NCBI GenBank assembly: GCA_047628915.1
Contig: JBLHWB010000001.1
Coordinates: 1 to 62,122, forward strand
Reading direction: 5' to 3'
Origin: Porticoccus sp.
GTDB lineage: Bacteria > Pseudomonadota > Gammaproteobacteria > Pseudomonadales > CAWVSB01
DNA length: 62,122 bases
Of the stretch, positions 38,581-48,828 are shown one piece after another (the first letter of the stretch is position 1; every line of letters begins with the position of its first letter). The notes under the pieces were generated by a model. The model saw only the letters and a program-made list of their open reading frames with translations. It ran no database searches and was not told the DNA's origin. The position numbers and the translations under genes are program-made.

Positions 38581-38946
38581 TTAATGTCCTTGCCAATCAA
38601 TTAGGTTCTCACCATCGCTATCGATTTTCCACCAGCGATCGTCATTGCTGTCTTCCCGCCAGCCACCTTGGCTTGCTCGAACTTCCTTCTCAAAATACTG
38701 CCATGCTTGTTTGGCGCATTCTAAATCCTCTGCCCAGGGTGTTTGATCTGATTGAAACCAAATAGAAGTGAATTTCCCGCTGTTTATTGTAAATACGGTA
38801 ATAGATTTGTCACCAGTATCGGCTACAATTTTATTAGTGTTGCGGTTAACGGGTGTAAGTTGTGTTTGCCAGCCTAGATGTTGTAGCCATTGCTCGGCTT
38901 TAGTTGGATTAATATTTTTAACGTAAATTTCTATATCAGATTGCAT
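38581..38946 (-). CDS. Hypothetical protein, probably co-transcribed with dapE
   Basis: 121-aa Trp-rich acidic protein starting 6 nt after the dapE stop. No motif recognised. Confidence 0.45.
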   Translation of the reverse strand: MQSDIEIYVKNINPTKAEQWLQHLGWQTQLTPVNRNTNKIVADTGDKSITVFTINSGKFTSIWFQSDQTPWAEDLECAKQAWQYFEKEVRASQGGWREDSNDDRWWKIDSDGENLIDWQGH

Positions 38947-38952
38947 AAAATG

Positions 38953-41137
<2,185 letters not shown>

Positions 41138-41152
41138 GTTGTCTATTAACCT

Positions 41153-41500
41153 CTAATTAAATATTGCTTGGTATTGATCGGCTTTAAAGCCAACAAATAC
41201 AGAATCGTCTATGGTTAGCACCGGACGTTTGACTAAAGTTGGGTTGGCCAACAATAAATCCAATGCGGTTGTCTCGTTCAAACCTTCTTTTTGAGTATCA
41301 CTTAGCTGTTTCCAAGTGGTGGAGCGTTTATTAACCACTACATCAACCCCTGCCACATCTAACCAACGTTTAACTTCAGCCTTGTCTACACCGTCTTCAC
41401 GTACGTCTACGAAAGTATAATCGCTGCCATTAGCGTCTAGCCATTTACGTGCTTTCTTTACCGTGTCGCAGTTTTTAATACCGTATACCGTTGCGGGCAT
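41153..41500 (-). CDS. ArsC-family reductase-like protein (YffB type)
   Basis: 115 aa with N-terminal YGIKNCDTVKKARKWL, typical of the ArsC/Spx/YffB fold. Confidence 0.8.
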   Translation of the reverse strand: MPATVYGIKNCDTVKKARKWLDANGSDYTFVDVREDGVDKAEVKRWLDVAGVDVVVNKRSTTWKQLSDTQKEGLNETTALDLLLANPTLVKRPVLTIDDSVFVGFKADQYQAIFN

Positions 41501-41734
41501 GGAATTGTCCTGTATTAGTGTTTTAATTGCCCAGTTCTAAGGCTGCGTAGCATACCATTGGAAGCGTATTTGGTTAAGCAATAGCGGCAATAGTTACAGC
41601 GTATCGATAAGGTGGTCTGAGCGGCTAAATCTCTTGTGATTTAAACTGTGTGCTATACGGTAGAGTTACATTCCCGTTTTGTCATTTATCTATCCGCCTG
41701 ATAGCTGGCCGAGCGCCAAATATCAGGCAGCTTA

Positions 41735-42385
41735 ATGACAAACCTTCGCTACAACTTCCAAACCATTGAGTTTGGCAAGATAGATATCCATCTTTGTACC
41801 TTGCGTGACAATCAAGAATTCGACGATCCTGAAGGTGTTGCTGAAAAACTGGGCATATCATCGGCGTCTTGGCCAATATTTGGCATTATTTGGCCATCAG
41901 CTCTAGTGCTTGCTCATCATCTTTGTGATTACGACACTGGTACTAAACGAATTTTAGAAATGGGCTGCGGTATGGCGTTAAGTAGCTTGCTGCTAAATAA
42001 ACGACATGCCGACATTACTGCTACTGACTATCATCCCGAGGTAGGCAGGTTTTTAATAAGAAATACTTTGTTGAACGAAGATCAACCTATTAACTATAAA
42101 CAAGCCGACTGGGGCGATAGCGATGATGAACTAGGCTTGTTTGACTTAATAATCGGTAGCGATTTGTTATATGAAGAAGAGCATATTGAATTACTAGCTA
42201 ACTTTATAGAGCGTCATTCAAAGCCAATTTGTGAAGTAATTTTGGTTGACCCAGGGCGGGGCAGAAAAAACAAGTTAACGGCTAAAATGCTAGAGTTTGG
42301 TTTTAGTTCGAGCCATTCAAAGCCTGCGCATACCGATTATTTAGAGAAAGATTTTAAAGGGCATATTTTGACGTTTGCACGATAG
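41735..42385 (+). CDS. Class I SAM-dependent methyltransferase (protein-lysine MTase family 16-like)
   Basis: Motif I ILEMGCGMALSSL, a post-I acidic residue (ITATDY), and LIIGSDLLYEEEH, typical of the METTL21/FAM86-like family. Confidence 0.65.
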   Translation: MTNLRYNFQTIEFGKIDIHLCTLRDNQEFDDPEGVAEKLGISSASWPIFGIIWPSALVLAHHLCDYDTGTKRILEMGCGMALSSLLLNKRHADITATDYHPEVGRFLIRNTLLNEDQPINYKQADWGDSDDELGLFDLIIGSDLLYEEEHIELLANFIERHSKPICEVILVDPGRGRKNKLTAKMLEFGFSSSHSKPAHTDYLEKDFKGHILTFAR

Positions 42386-42445
42386 TTTTGATTCCTTGAC
42401 CGGTGGTCATTAGTACATAATTTAATTATTTATATTGGATTTAGT

Positions 42446-42697
42446 CAGGTTTCGCCTGGTGGCGAGTTACTTTTCAATACTCGCTACGCTCGCCCTGCGG
42501 GTCGCCCATTCGGGCGCTCAACGCACTTCGTGCTTTTGTGATGGGCAAAGAAAATGTAACCAAAAGAAAGCCACCCAAATTCGTCGCCCTTCGGGAAACC
42601 TGAGTTTTAACCCACATAACGGACGCTCGGTAACTCGCCTGCGGCTCAAACATCCCTCACTTTACTCCGTTATCTGGATTAAAACTCAGGCGACTTC
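42446..42697 (+). repeat. Structured intergenic repeat, copy A (MITE/REP-like, two hairpin modules, carries a 58-nt GC-rich insertion)
   Basis: Matches the reverse complement of 43417-43608 block by block (GGTTTCGCCTGGTGGCGAGTTACTTTTC; GAAAATGTAACCAAAAGAAAGC; GCCCTTCGGGAAACCTGAG; AACTCGCCTGCGGCTCAAACA; ACTCAGGCGACTTC). The 42476-42533 block is extra relative to copy B. Weaker similarity continues to about 42730. Confidence 0.85.
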
Positions 42698-42800
42698 AGA
42701 TTGGGGAGAGGTAGATCGAAACCAATTGAGGATTCTCTCTGTTATTATTATAGTGGATCAATGAGTCTTGCTTAAAAGCTATTAAAAAGGATATGAAATA

Positions 42801-43358
42801 GTGAATTACAATAACTATGTAAAGGATATTAGCTTCGATGAAAATGGTTTTAGTTCAAGCCCTTCATTAAGTAGCAGGTCAGGCTGGCTTATTTTCGCTG
42901 TATTCTTTTTTCTCGCAGCGGTTAAATTTACTTTCGTTGCTTTTTCGGGCAATGAATCAGTTATGGCAAGTATTGTAGTTATTGCTAGTCTATTGGGTAT
43001 TTGTTGTCTTTGGTTACAAACAAAAGAGGTACAAATTAACTCAATAAATTTTTCTAGACATAATTATGTAGGTTTTTCTAACTATCATATCTTTTCAAGA
43101 CATACTTCGATTCCAATTAAAAATTATGAATATATAGATCTTGTTGTAGACGAGGTTTTTAGAACGCCGAAAACCCACAAGCATAGTAATGTCACATTTT
43201 ATATTGAGTCTTCAGGTTTGTCTGAGGCTATTGGTGTGAAAATGGACTTGGTGGATAGGAGCGCAAAGAGTGCAGTGTTAGCTTTGGCTAAAGATTTATC
43301 CGTATTAACAGGCTTGCCTGTAAAATCAGAGTCTCATCTTTTAGAAGAGCATTTATAA
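42801..43358 (+). CDS. Orphan hypothetical membrane protein (two TM helices plus a soluble C-terminal domain)
   Basis: 185-aa ORF with a GTG start 9 nt after AAGGA. Hydrophobic helices are WLIFAVFFFLAAVKFTFVAF and ASIVVIASLLGICCLWL. AT-rich, N/S/K/I-rich composition unlike its neighbours. No motif recognised. Confidence 0.55.
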   Translation: MNYNNYVKDISFDENGFSSSPSLSSRSGWLIFAVFFFLAAVKFTFVAFSGNESVMASIVVIASLLGICCLWLQTKEVQINSINFSRHNYVGFSNYHIFSRHTSIPIKNYEYIDLVVDEVFRTPKTHKHSNVTFYIESSGLSEAIGVKMDLVDRSAKSAVLALAKDLSVLTGLPVKSESHLLEEHL

Positions 43359-43416
43359 ATATCTCAATTATCTTATATTTAAACCATTTGATTTCGATTT
43401 CTAAATTCCCATTGAA

Positions 43417-43608
43417 GAAGTCGCCTGAGTATTGTCAAAAATCACGACGTAAAGCGAAGGGTGTTTGAGCCAAAGGCGAGTTCCTGAGCGGTCGTTATTT
43501 TTGGCAATGCTCAGGTTTCCCGAAGGGCGGCTTATGTGGGTGTGCTTTCTTTTGGTTACATTTTCTTTTCACACAAAAGAAAAGTAACTCGCCATCAGGC
43601 GAAACCAG
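43417..43608 (-). repeat. Structured intergenic repeat, copy B (inverted relative to copy A)
   Basis: Its reverse complement aligns with 42446-42697 apart from the 58-nt insertion. Contains a 14-bp outer hairpin (43555-43588, loop CACAC) and a 25-bp inner hairpin (43424-43448 with 43491-43515). Confidence 0.85.
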
Positions 43609-43644
43609 ATAAAATTAATCTACTCAATAATGAGCAAAGCTAGA

Positions 43645-44229
43645 TTAAAGTAATGCTCCAATCCTCTCCTGCATCAGCGGCACAAACTCTCTCTCAAACC
43701 ATTCATTCTTCTTCAACCAAATATTATTCCTCGGGCTAGGGTGGGGCAGTGGTAATAGCGTTGGCCAATACATCTCCCATTGCCTAACAGTCTCGGTTAA
43801 ATTTTTCTGCAAACGATCTTTCATATGCCATTGCTGCGCATAGCTTCCTATAACTAAAGTGAGCTGAATATTAGGCATATGATCCAAAAACTGCTGTCGC
43901 CATTGGGGAGCACATTCTATCCGAGGCGGTAAGTCGCCCGATTTACCTTTGCCGGGATAACAAAAGCCCATAGGTAAAATAGCTATTTTATCTGAATTGT
44001 AAAAAGTGCCTTTATCTATACCCATCCATTGGCGCAAGCGTTCTCCGCTTTTGTCGTCAAAGGGGATGCCTGACAGATGAACTTTGCTGCCCGGCGCTTG
44101 CCCTGCGATTAAAATTTTTGCGGTATGACTAACTTGAAATACAGGGCGGATACCATCTATTAAATGGTCTTTGCATAGTGTGCATTGCGTGGCGTTTGAG
44201 GCGATGACATCGAGTGCTGACTTAGTCAT
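43645..44229 (-). CDS. Uracil-DNA glycosylase superfamily protein (family 4/5-like)
   Basis: Motif A as IAGQAPGSKVH and motif B as HPSPRN. Confidence 0.75.
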   Translation of the reverse strand: MTKSALDVIASNATQCTLCKDHLIDGIRPVFQVSHTAKILIAGQAPGSKVHLSGIPFDDKSGERLRQWMGIDKGTFYNSDKIAILPMGFCYPGKGKSGDLPPRIECAPQWRQQFLDHMPNIQLTLVIGSYAQQWHMKDRLQKNLTETVRQWEMYWPTLLPLPHPSPRNNIWLKKNEWFEREFVPLMQERIGALL

Positions 44230-44266
44230 CTGTAACCTCTTTTTTTATAGATTGTTAGTGTGCGGT

Positions 44267-44920
44267 TTAAGCCTTTAGCGTTTTCTTAGGCTTCTTGCGA
44301 TTAGGATAACAGGTGGTACAAATTTCGCAGCCGATGCCATAACAAGTCCGAGCGCTGCAGTATTCGCGGCCGTAGTAAATGATTTGTAAATGCAGTTTAT
44401 TCCATGCCTCGATAGGGAATACTTTTTTTAAGTCTTTTTCTGTTTTCGTCACATTGCTGCCATTGGTTAAACCCCAGCGCTGCGCCAGTCGATGAATATG
44501 AGTGTCTACAGCAAAGGCAGGTACCCCAAAGGCTTGTGACATAACCACACTTGCGGTTTTGTGGCCAACTCCTGGCAGCGTTTCTAATGCCGCCATATCC
44601 GCTGGCACTTCGCCGTCATAATCTTCAACCAATATTTCAGACAGCCTTTTAATAGCTTTAGACTTTTGCGGTGCTAGCCCGCATGGTCTTACTGCTTGAT
44701 AAATATCTTCAACGTCTACTTGTGACATACCGTGTGGGTTGTCTGCCAGGCGAAATAAATCAGGGGTTATCTGATTGACACGTTCGTCGGTACATTGGGC
44801 TGACAATAGAACAGCGACTAATAGCGTGTAAGGGTCTTTATGATCTAATGGAATAGGGACTTGTTCATAAATTTCATTCAAACGTTTAAGTATATAGTCG
44901 GCGCGTTGTTGTTTTAGCAT
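44267..44920 (-). CDS. Endonuclease III-like HhH-GPD DNA glycosylase/lyase
   Basis: HhH-GPD core LPGVGHKTASVVM (catalytic Lys) and FAVDTHIHRL (Asp). C-terminal Cys cluster CSARTCYGIGCEICTTC. Confidence 0.75.
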   Translation of the reverse strand: MLKQQRADYILKRLNEIYEQVPIPLDHKDPYTLLVAVLLSAQCTDERVNQITPDLFRLADNPHGMSQVDVEDIYQAVRPCGLAPQKSKAIKRLSEILVEDYDGEVPADMAALETLPGVGHKTASVVMSQAFGVPAFAVDTHIHRLAQRWGLTNGSNVTKTEKDLKKVFPIEAWNKLHLQIIYYGREYCSARTCYGIGCEICTTCYPNRKKPKKTLKA

Positions 44921-46113
44921 CAGCTTGTCTGCATAAATTTGCGAATACGAGTGGCGGCTTCAATGCATTCTTGTTTAGTGGCCACTAACGCCATACGAAT
45001 ATGGTTGCTACCCGGGTTAGTGCCATTATTGTCGCGACCTAAAAAGCTACCGGGTAAAACGGTGATGTTAGTATACGCAAAAATGTCAGCCGCAAATTGA
45101 TCATCAGCGATGGGTGTTTGTGCCCATAGGTAAAAACCGGCTTCGGGCATTTGTATAGGTAACACTTCTGACAAGATTGGCACGACGGCGGCAAACTTTT
45201 CGCGGTATTGGCGGCGGTTGTCGATAACGTGCTGCTCGTCATTCCACGCAGTAATACTGGCTTGCTGGCTGGCAATTGGCATGGCGCAGCCGTGGTAGGT
45301 ACGGTAGCGCAAAAATTGCTTCAACACTGCTGCATCGCCAGCAACAAAGCCAGAGCGAAGCCCAGGAAGATTTGAACGTTTAGATAAGCTATGAAATACC
45401 ACGCAGTTTTTATAACTGGTATTACCCATATTGCTAGCAGCTTCCAGCAAACCAATTGGCGGTTTGTCTTCATCAAAATACAGTTCTGAATAACATTCGT
45501 CAGAGGCGATAATAAAATTGTGCTTAGCACTTAAATTAATCAGTTTTTGCAGAGTCTCTTCATCGGTAACAGTGCCAGTTGGGTTGCCCGGGCTGCAGAG
45601 ATAAAGTAGTTGGCAGTTATCCCAAGTTGACGGAGCGATAGCGTCAAAATCTGGATGGTAATCGTTTTCTGCTAAGCAGTTTACAAAGTAAGGCGTCGCG
45701 CCTGCTAAAAATGCCGCACCTTCATAAATCTGATAAAAAGGATTTGGCATTAACACTAGCGGCTTGTTCTGGTTGCGGTCGACCACTGCTTGGGCAAAAG
45801 CAAACAACGCCTCGCGAGTGCCATTAACTGGCAGGACTTGAGTTTGCGCGTCGACGCGTGCTAGTTTAAAGCGACGCTCTAACCAATTGGCTATACTTTG
45901 TCTTAATTCTGGTAAGCCAGCGGTTGTTGGGTAGTTGGCAATCAAGTTCATATTATCGTGCAGAGCGTCCAGCACAAATTGTGGCGGTGCGTGCTTCGGC
46001 TCACCGATCGATAGCGCAATATGATTTAAGTCTGCGGGCGGGGTTAAGCCCTGCTTAATTTTGTTTAGGCGTTCGAACGGGTAGGGCTGTAGTAATTGTA
46101 AATCTGGATTCAT
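44920..46113 (-). CDS. dapC: Succinyldiaminopimelate transaminase
   Basis: Class I aminotransferase (NPGNPTG, SLSKRSNLPGLRSG with the PLP Lys). N-terminus MNPDLQLLQPYPFERL matches the beta/gamma-proteobacterial DapC start. Located immediately downstream of glnD, as in Pseudomonas. The track start at 46167 would overlap glnD by 38 nt. Confidence 0.75.
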   Translation of the reverse strand: MNPDLQLLQPYPFERLNKIKQGLTPPADLNHIALSIGEPKHAPPQFVLDALHDNMNLIANYPTTAGLPELRQSIANWLERRFKLARVDAQTQVLPVNGTREALFAFAQAVVDRNQNKPLVLMPNPFYQIYEGAAFLAGATPYFVNCLAENDYHPDFDAIAPSTWDNCQLLYLCSPGNPTGTVTDEETLQKLINLSAKHNFIIASDECYSELYFDEDKPPIGLLEAASNMGNTSYKNCVVFHSLSKRSNLPGLRSGFVAGDAAVLKQFLRYRTYHGCAMPIASQQASITAWNDEQHVIDNRRQYREKFAAVVPILSEVLPIQMPEAGFYLWAQTPIADDQFAADIFAYTNITVLPGSFLGRDNNGTNPGSNHIRMALVATKQECIEAATRIRKFMQTS

Positions 46114-46129
46114 GGCTATGGGTTCAAGG

Positions 46130-48811
46130 CTATTCGTCGTCGGAGTCGAGCGTTTCGGTAATGTCATTACTTATTGAATCTAGTCTTGCTTGATCTTTAA
46201 TCAAACCGCCATTTTTATCGGTAACAAAAAACACGTCTTCTACCCGTTCGCCCAAGGTACTGATTTTGGCGTTTTGTAAAATGGCGCCGTGACGAATAAA
46301 TATACGTGCAACTGCTGCCAATAAGCCAGCGCGGTCTGGGCTGATTACTTCAATAATAGTTTGCTGCTTACCTTCGTCGGTCGTAAAACCAACCGTTGTC
46401 GGATAGGAAAAGTGTTTTAATGTACGCGGAATATATTGATGTTCATTGCCGGTATATTCTTCAGGATTTTCTAGCGCATCAAATAAGGTAGTTTTTATTT
46501 CGGCTAAGCGTTTCGGTGCATTGCCTATCGGTGTGTCGTCAGCCTCTAGTACGATATAAGTGTCTAGGCAGTACTGGCTAGAGTTTTCATACATACGTGC
46601 ATCTTGAATACTTAAGTTTAACTGCTCAAATGTTGATGAGACTAAGGCAAATAAATCATCACGCACCGGCGCATAAATAAATACTTGGGTGGCACCCTCA
46701 TGTTCGCGCTCTGATGTATCTTTGATTAGAATTAGTGGTTCTAGTGAATTACCATGTTTGGAGATTGCTAAGGTTTGCCAAGCAACATCAGCTGCAGTTT
46801 CGCGCAGGAAATAGTCGTCGCGAGTATGGTTCCATAGTTCGATAACTTCGTCGGCATCGAGGCCCTCTTCTTCCAAGATTCGAATGGAAGACTCTTGCGC
46901 TTCTTGGACCCATTCCCCTTTATCGATATCTACGCCTAATCCAATACGCAGCGCACGTTTGGTTTCTAAATATAGTTGGCGCATAAGCGATGCGCGCCAG
47001 CTATTCCAAAGTTTTGGATTAGTACCGTTAATATCTGCAACAGTCAGTGCATACAAATAATCAAGATGAACTTTGTCACCGACCAGTTTAGCGAATGCTA
47101 AGATTTCTTCTGGGTCAGATACATCTTTGCGCTGTGAGGTGCTAGACATAATCAAATGGTTTTGTACCAGCCAGACAACCATGTTGGTGTCACGAACAGA
47201 AAAGCCATGGTCTTGGCAGAAAACGCGTGCGTCCGCCATACCTTTTTCTGAATGGTCGCCGCCGCGCCCTTTGGCAATATCGTGCATCAATCCAGCAATA
47301 TATAATACTTCTATATTTGGCAGACGCTTAACGATACTTGAGGCAATTGGAAATTTTTCGGAATAATTGTCATAGCTAAACAGGCGCATGTTTTTTATGA
47401 CTTCGATAATGTGAGCATCGACTGTGTAAATATGAAATAAGTCATGTTGCATTTTGCCAACCAGCTTACCAAATGCGGGTAGATACTTCCCCAGAATGCC
47501 GTAGCGGTTCATGCGGCGTAATTGAGTAGCTACTTTGTTACGCGAGCGAAACACGTCCATAAATAATTGACGATTGTGCGCATCGGCTCTGAAATCGTCG
47601 TCGATTAAATCTGATGCCTCGCGGATTAGTCGCACTGTTGATGCTTTAGGGCCAATTATTTGTTCGTCTTGCGCCATAATGACGAAGGCTTCAAGTATTG
47701 CAAATGGTGTTTGGGTGAACACTTTATTGTTAGCGGCTTCTAAGTAGCCATTGTTGTTTCTAAAGCGAACATTAATCTCATGGATCTCTTCTGGCTCACA
47801 GGCGCGCAGCAGATTTTCGTCAAACAACTGTACTAATAAATCGTTTACGTCAGCTATCGCTTGAACCCAGCGATAATAGGTTTGCATTAATTGCTCAACC
47901 GCTAGGCTTTGGTCGTTGTCGCTGAAACCAAACAGTGCAGCTATGTTACGTTGGTGATCAAATAGCAGTCTGTCTTCTGCGCGGCCGGCAACAAGATGCA
48001 ATGCCCAGCGAATGCTCCATAAATATTCTTCGCCTTTGCGTAGTAGTTCTTGTTCTTCTTCGGTGAGCAAGCCTTGCTCGAATAATGCTCTTTCGTTTCT
48101 TGTGTTGAAATGACGTTGCACAATCCAGTCGATCATTTGGATATCGCGTAAACCGCCCGGGCCATTTTTTACATTAGGCTCTAAGTTGTATTCGGTATTG
48201 GCAAATCTATGATGACGGCTTATTTGCTCTTCCCATTTGGCGCGGTAAAAGTCATTGCTCGGCCAAATATGTTCGGGGCTGGTGGCATCAATCATTTCAT
48301 CGAAGATGAATTGATTGCCGTGTAATAGACGAGCTTCCATTAGGTTAGTTGCGATAGATATGTCTTCTTTGGCCTGGCTAACGCAATCTTCGACGGTGCG
48401 AACGCTGTGACCAATATCTAAACCAACATCCCACAGCATAGTAAGGAATTTTTCCAATGAGCCTTGTACTTCACTGATATCCTCATTAGACAGCAAAACC
48501 ATTATGTCAATGTCAGAGAAGGGGTGTAACTCGCCGCGACCATAGCCGCCAACGGCCACTAAACTGAGCGCGGTTGCTTTATCTAAATTAAGGCTTTGCC
48601 ATGCCGCACACAGCAGGCCATCAATAAAATTAGCACGCGCATGTACTAGGTCAACCACGGGGTGGCCTGCCTTAAACTGCTCATTCATTTGCTCGGTGAC
48701 ATCTATAACCGCCTGCTTACAGATTGGCGCAGGATTATTGCTGGCAGATATTTGCGTAAAAATTGAAGTGCTATTAATCAGGACTTCAATTGACGTGGCA
48801 GGGGCGTTCAT
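46130..48811 (-). CDS. glnD: Bifunctional [protein-PII] uridylyltransferase/uridylyl-removing enzyme
   Basis: 893 aa. Nucleotidyltransferase motif GGYGRGELHPFSDIDI, HD domain (LMHDIAKGRGGDH), and two C-terminal ACT-like regions. Confidence 0.92.
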   Translation of the reverse strand: MNAPATSIEVLINSTSIFTQISASNNPAPICKQAVIDVTEQMNEQFKAGHPVVDLVHARANFIDGLLCAAWQSLNLDKATALSLVAVGGYGRGELHPFSDIDIMVLLSNEDISEVQGSLEKFLTMLWDVGLDIGHSVRTVEDCVSQAKEDISIATNLMEARLLHGNQFIFDEMIDATSPEHIWPSNDFYRAKWEEQISRHHRFANTEYNLEPNVKNGPGGLRDIQMIDWIVQRHFNTRNERALFEQGLLTEEEQELLRKGEEYLWSIRWALHLVAGRAEDRLLFDHQRNIAALFGFSDNDQSLAVEQLMQTYYRWVQAIADVNDLLVQLFDENLLRACEPEEIHEINVRFRNNNGYLEAANNKVFTQTPFAILEAFVIMAQDEQIIGPKASTVRLIREASDLIDDDFRADAHNRQLFMDVFRSRNKVATQLRRMNRYGILGKYLPAFGKLVGKMQHDLFHIYTVDAHIIEVIKNMRLFSYDNYSEKFPIASSIVKRLPNIEVLYIAGLMHDIAKGRGGDHSEKGMADARVFCQDHGFSVRDTNMVVWLVQNHLIMSSTSQRKDVSDPEEILAFAKLVGDKVHLDYLYALTVADINGTNPKLWNSWRASLMRQLYLETKRALRIGLGVDIDKGEWVQEAQESSIRILEEEGLDADEVIELWNHTRDDYFLRETAADVAWQTLAISKHGNSLEPLILIKDTSEREHEGATQVFIYAPVRDDLFALVSSTFEQLNLSIQDARMYENSSQYCLDTYIVLEADDTPIGNAPKRLAEIKTTLFDALENPEEYTGNEHQYIPRTLKHFSYPTTVGFTTDEGKQQTIIEVISPDRAGLLAAVARIFIRHGAILQNAKISTLGERVEDVFFVTDKNGGLIKDQARLDSISNDITETLDSDDE

Positions 48812-48828
48812 AAAACTCCAAGAGTTGT

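Noticed and set aside
41682-41876. 64-aa minus-strand ORF overlapping the methyltransferase start
   Set aside because: It overlaps the 5' end of the motif-supported methyltransferase CDS in antisense. Its Cys/Arg-rich sequence has no recognisable family.
42435-42764. 109-aa + strand ORF (MDLVRFRLVASYFSILATLALRVAHSGAQRTSCF...)
   Set aside because: It lies entirely within repeat copy A, including its GC-rich 58-nt insertion. It has low-complexity, Arg/Ser/Leu-rich repeat-type translation and no Shine-Dalgarno. The homologous copy B has no equivalent ORF. I treat it as a translation artefact of the repeat.
42446-43608. Integron gene cassette with attC sites
   Set aside because: The structure-over-sequence conservation of the hairpin is reminiscent of attC. 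However, attC sites in an array share one orientation, whereas these two are inverted. They are 190-250 nt with two hairpin modules. I see no clear RYYYAAC / GTTRRRY cores, and no intI gene is in the window.
46114-46167. N-terminal extension of dapC overlapping glnD by 38 nt (track start 46167). Similar extensions occur for dapA (20452), bamC (21329), rpsB (53348), tsf (54332) and the TPR protein (7886).
   Set aside because: The internal Met positions reproduce the conserved family N-termini, a lipoprotein signal or a signal anchor. They have better Shine-Dalgarno spacing and remove the overlaps with upstream genes.
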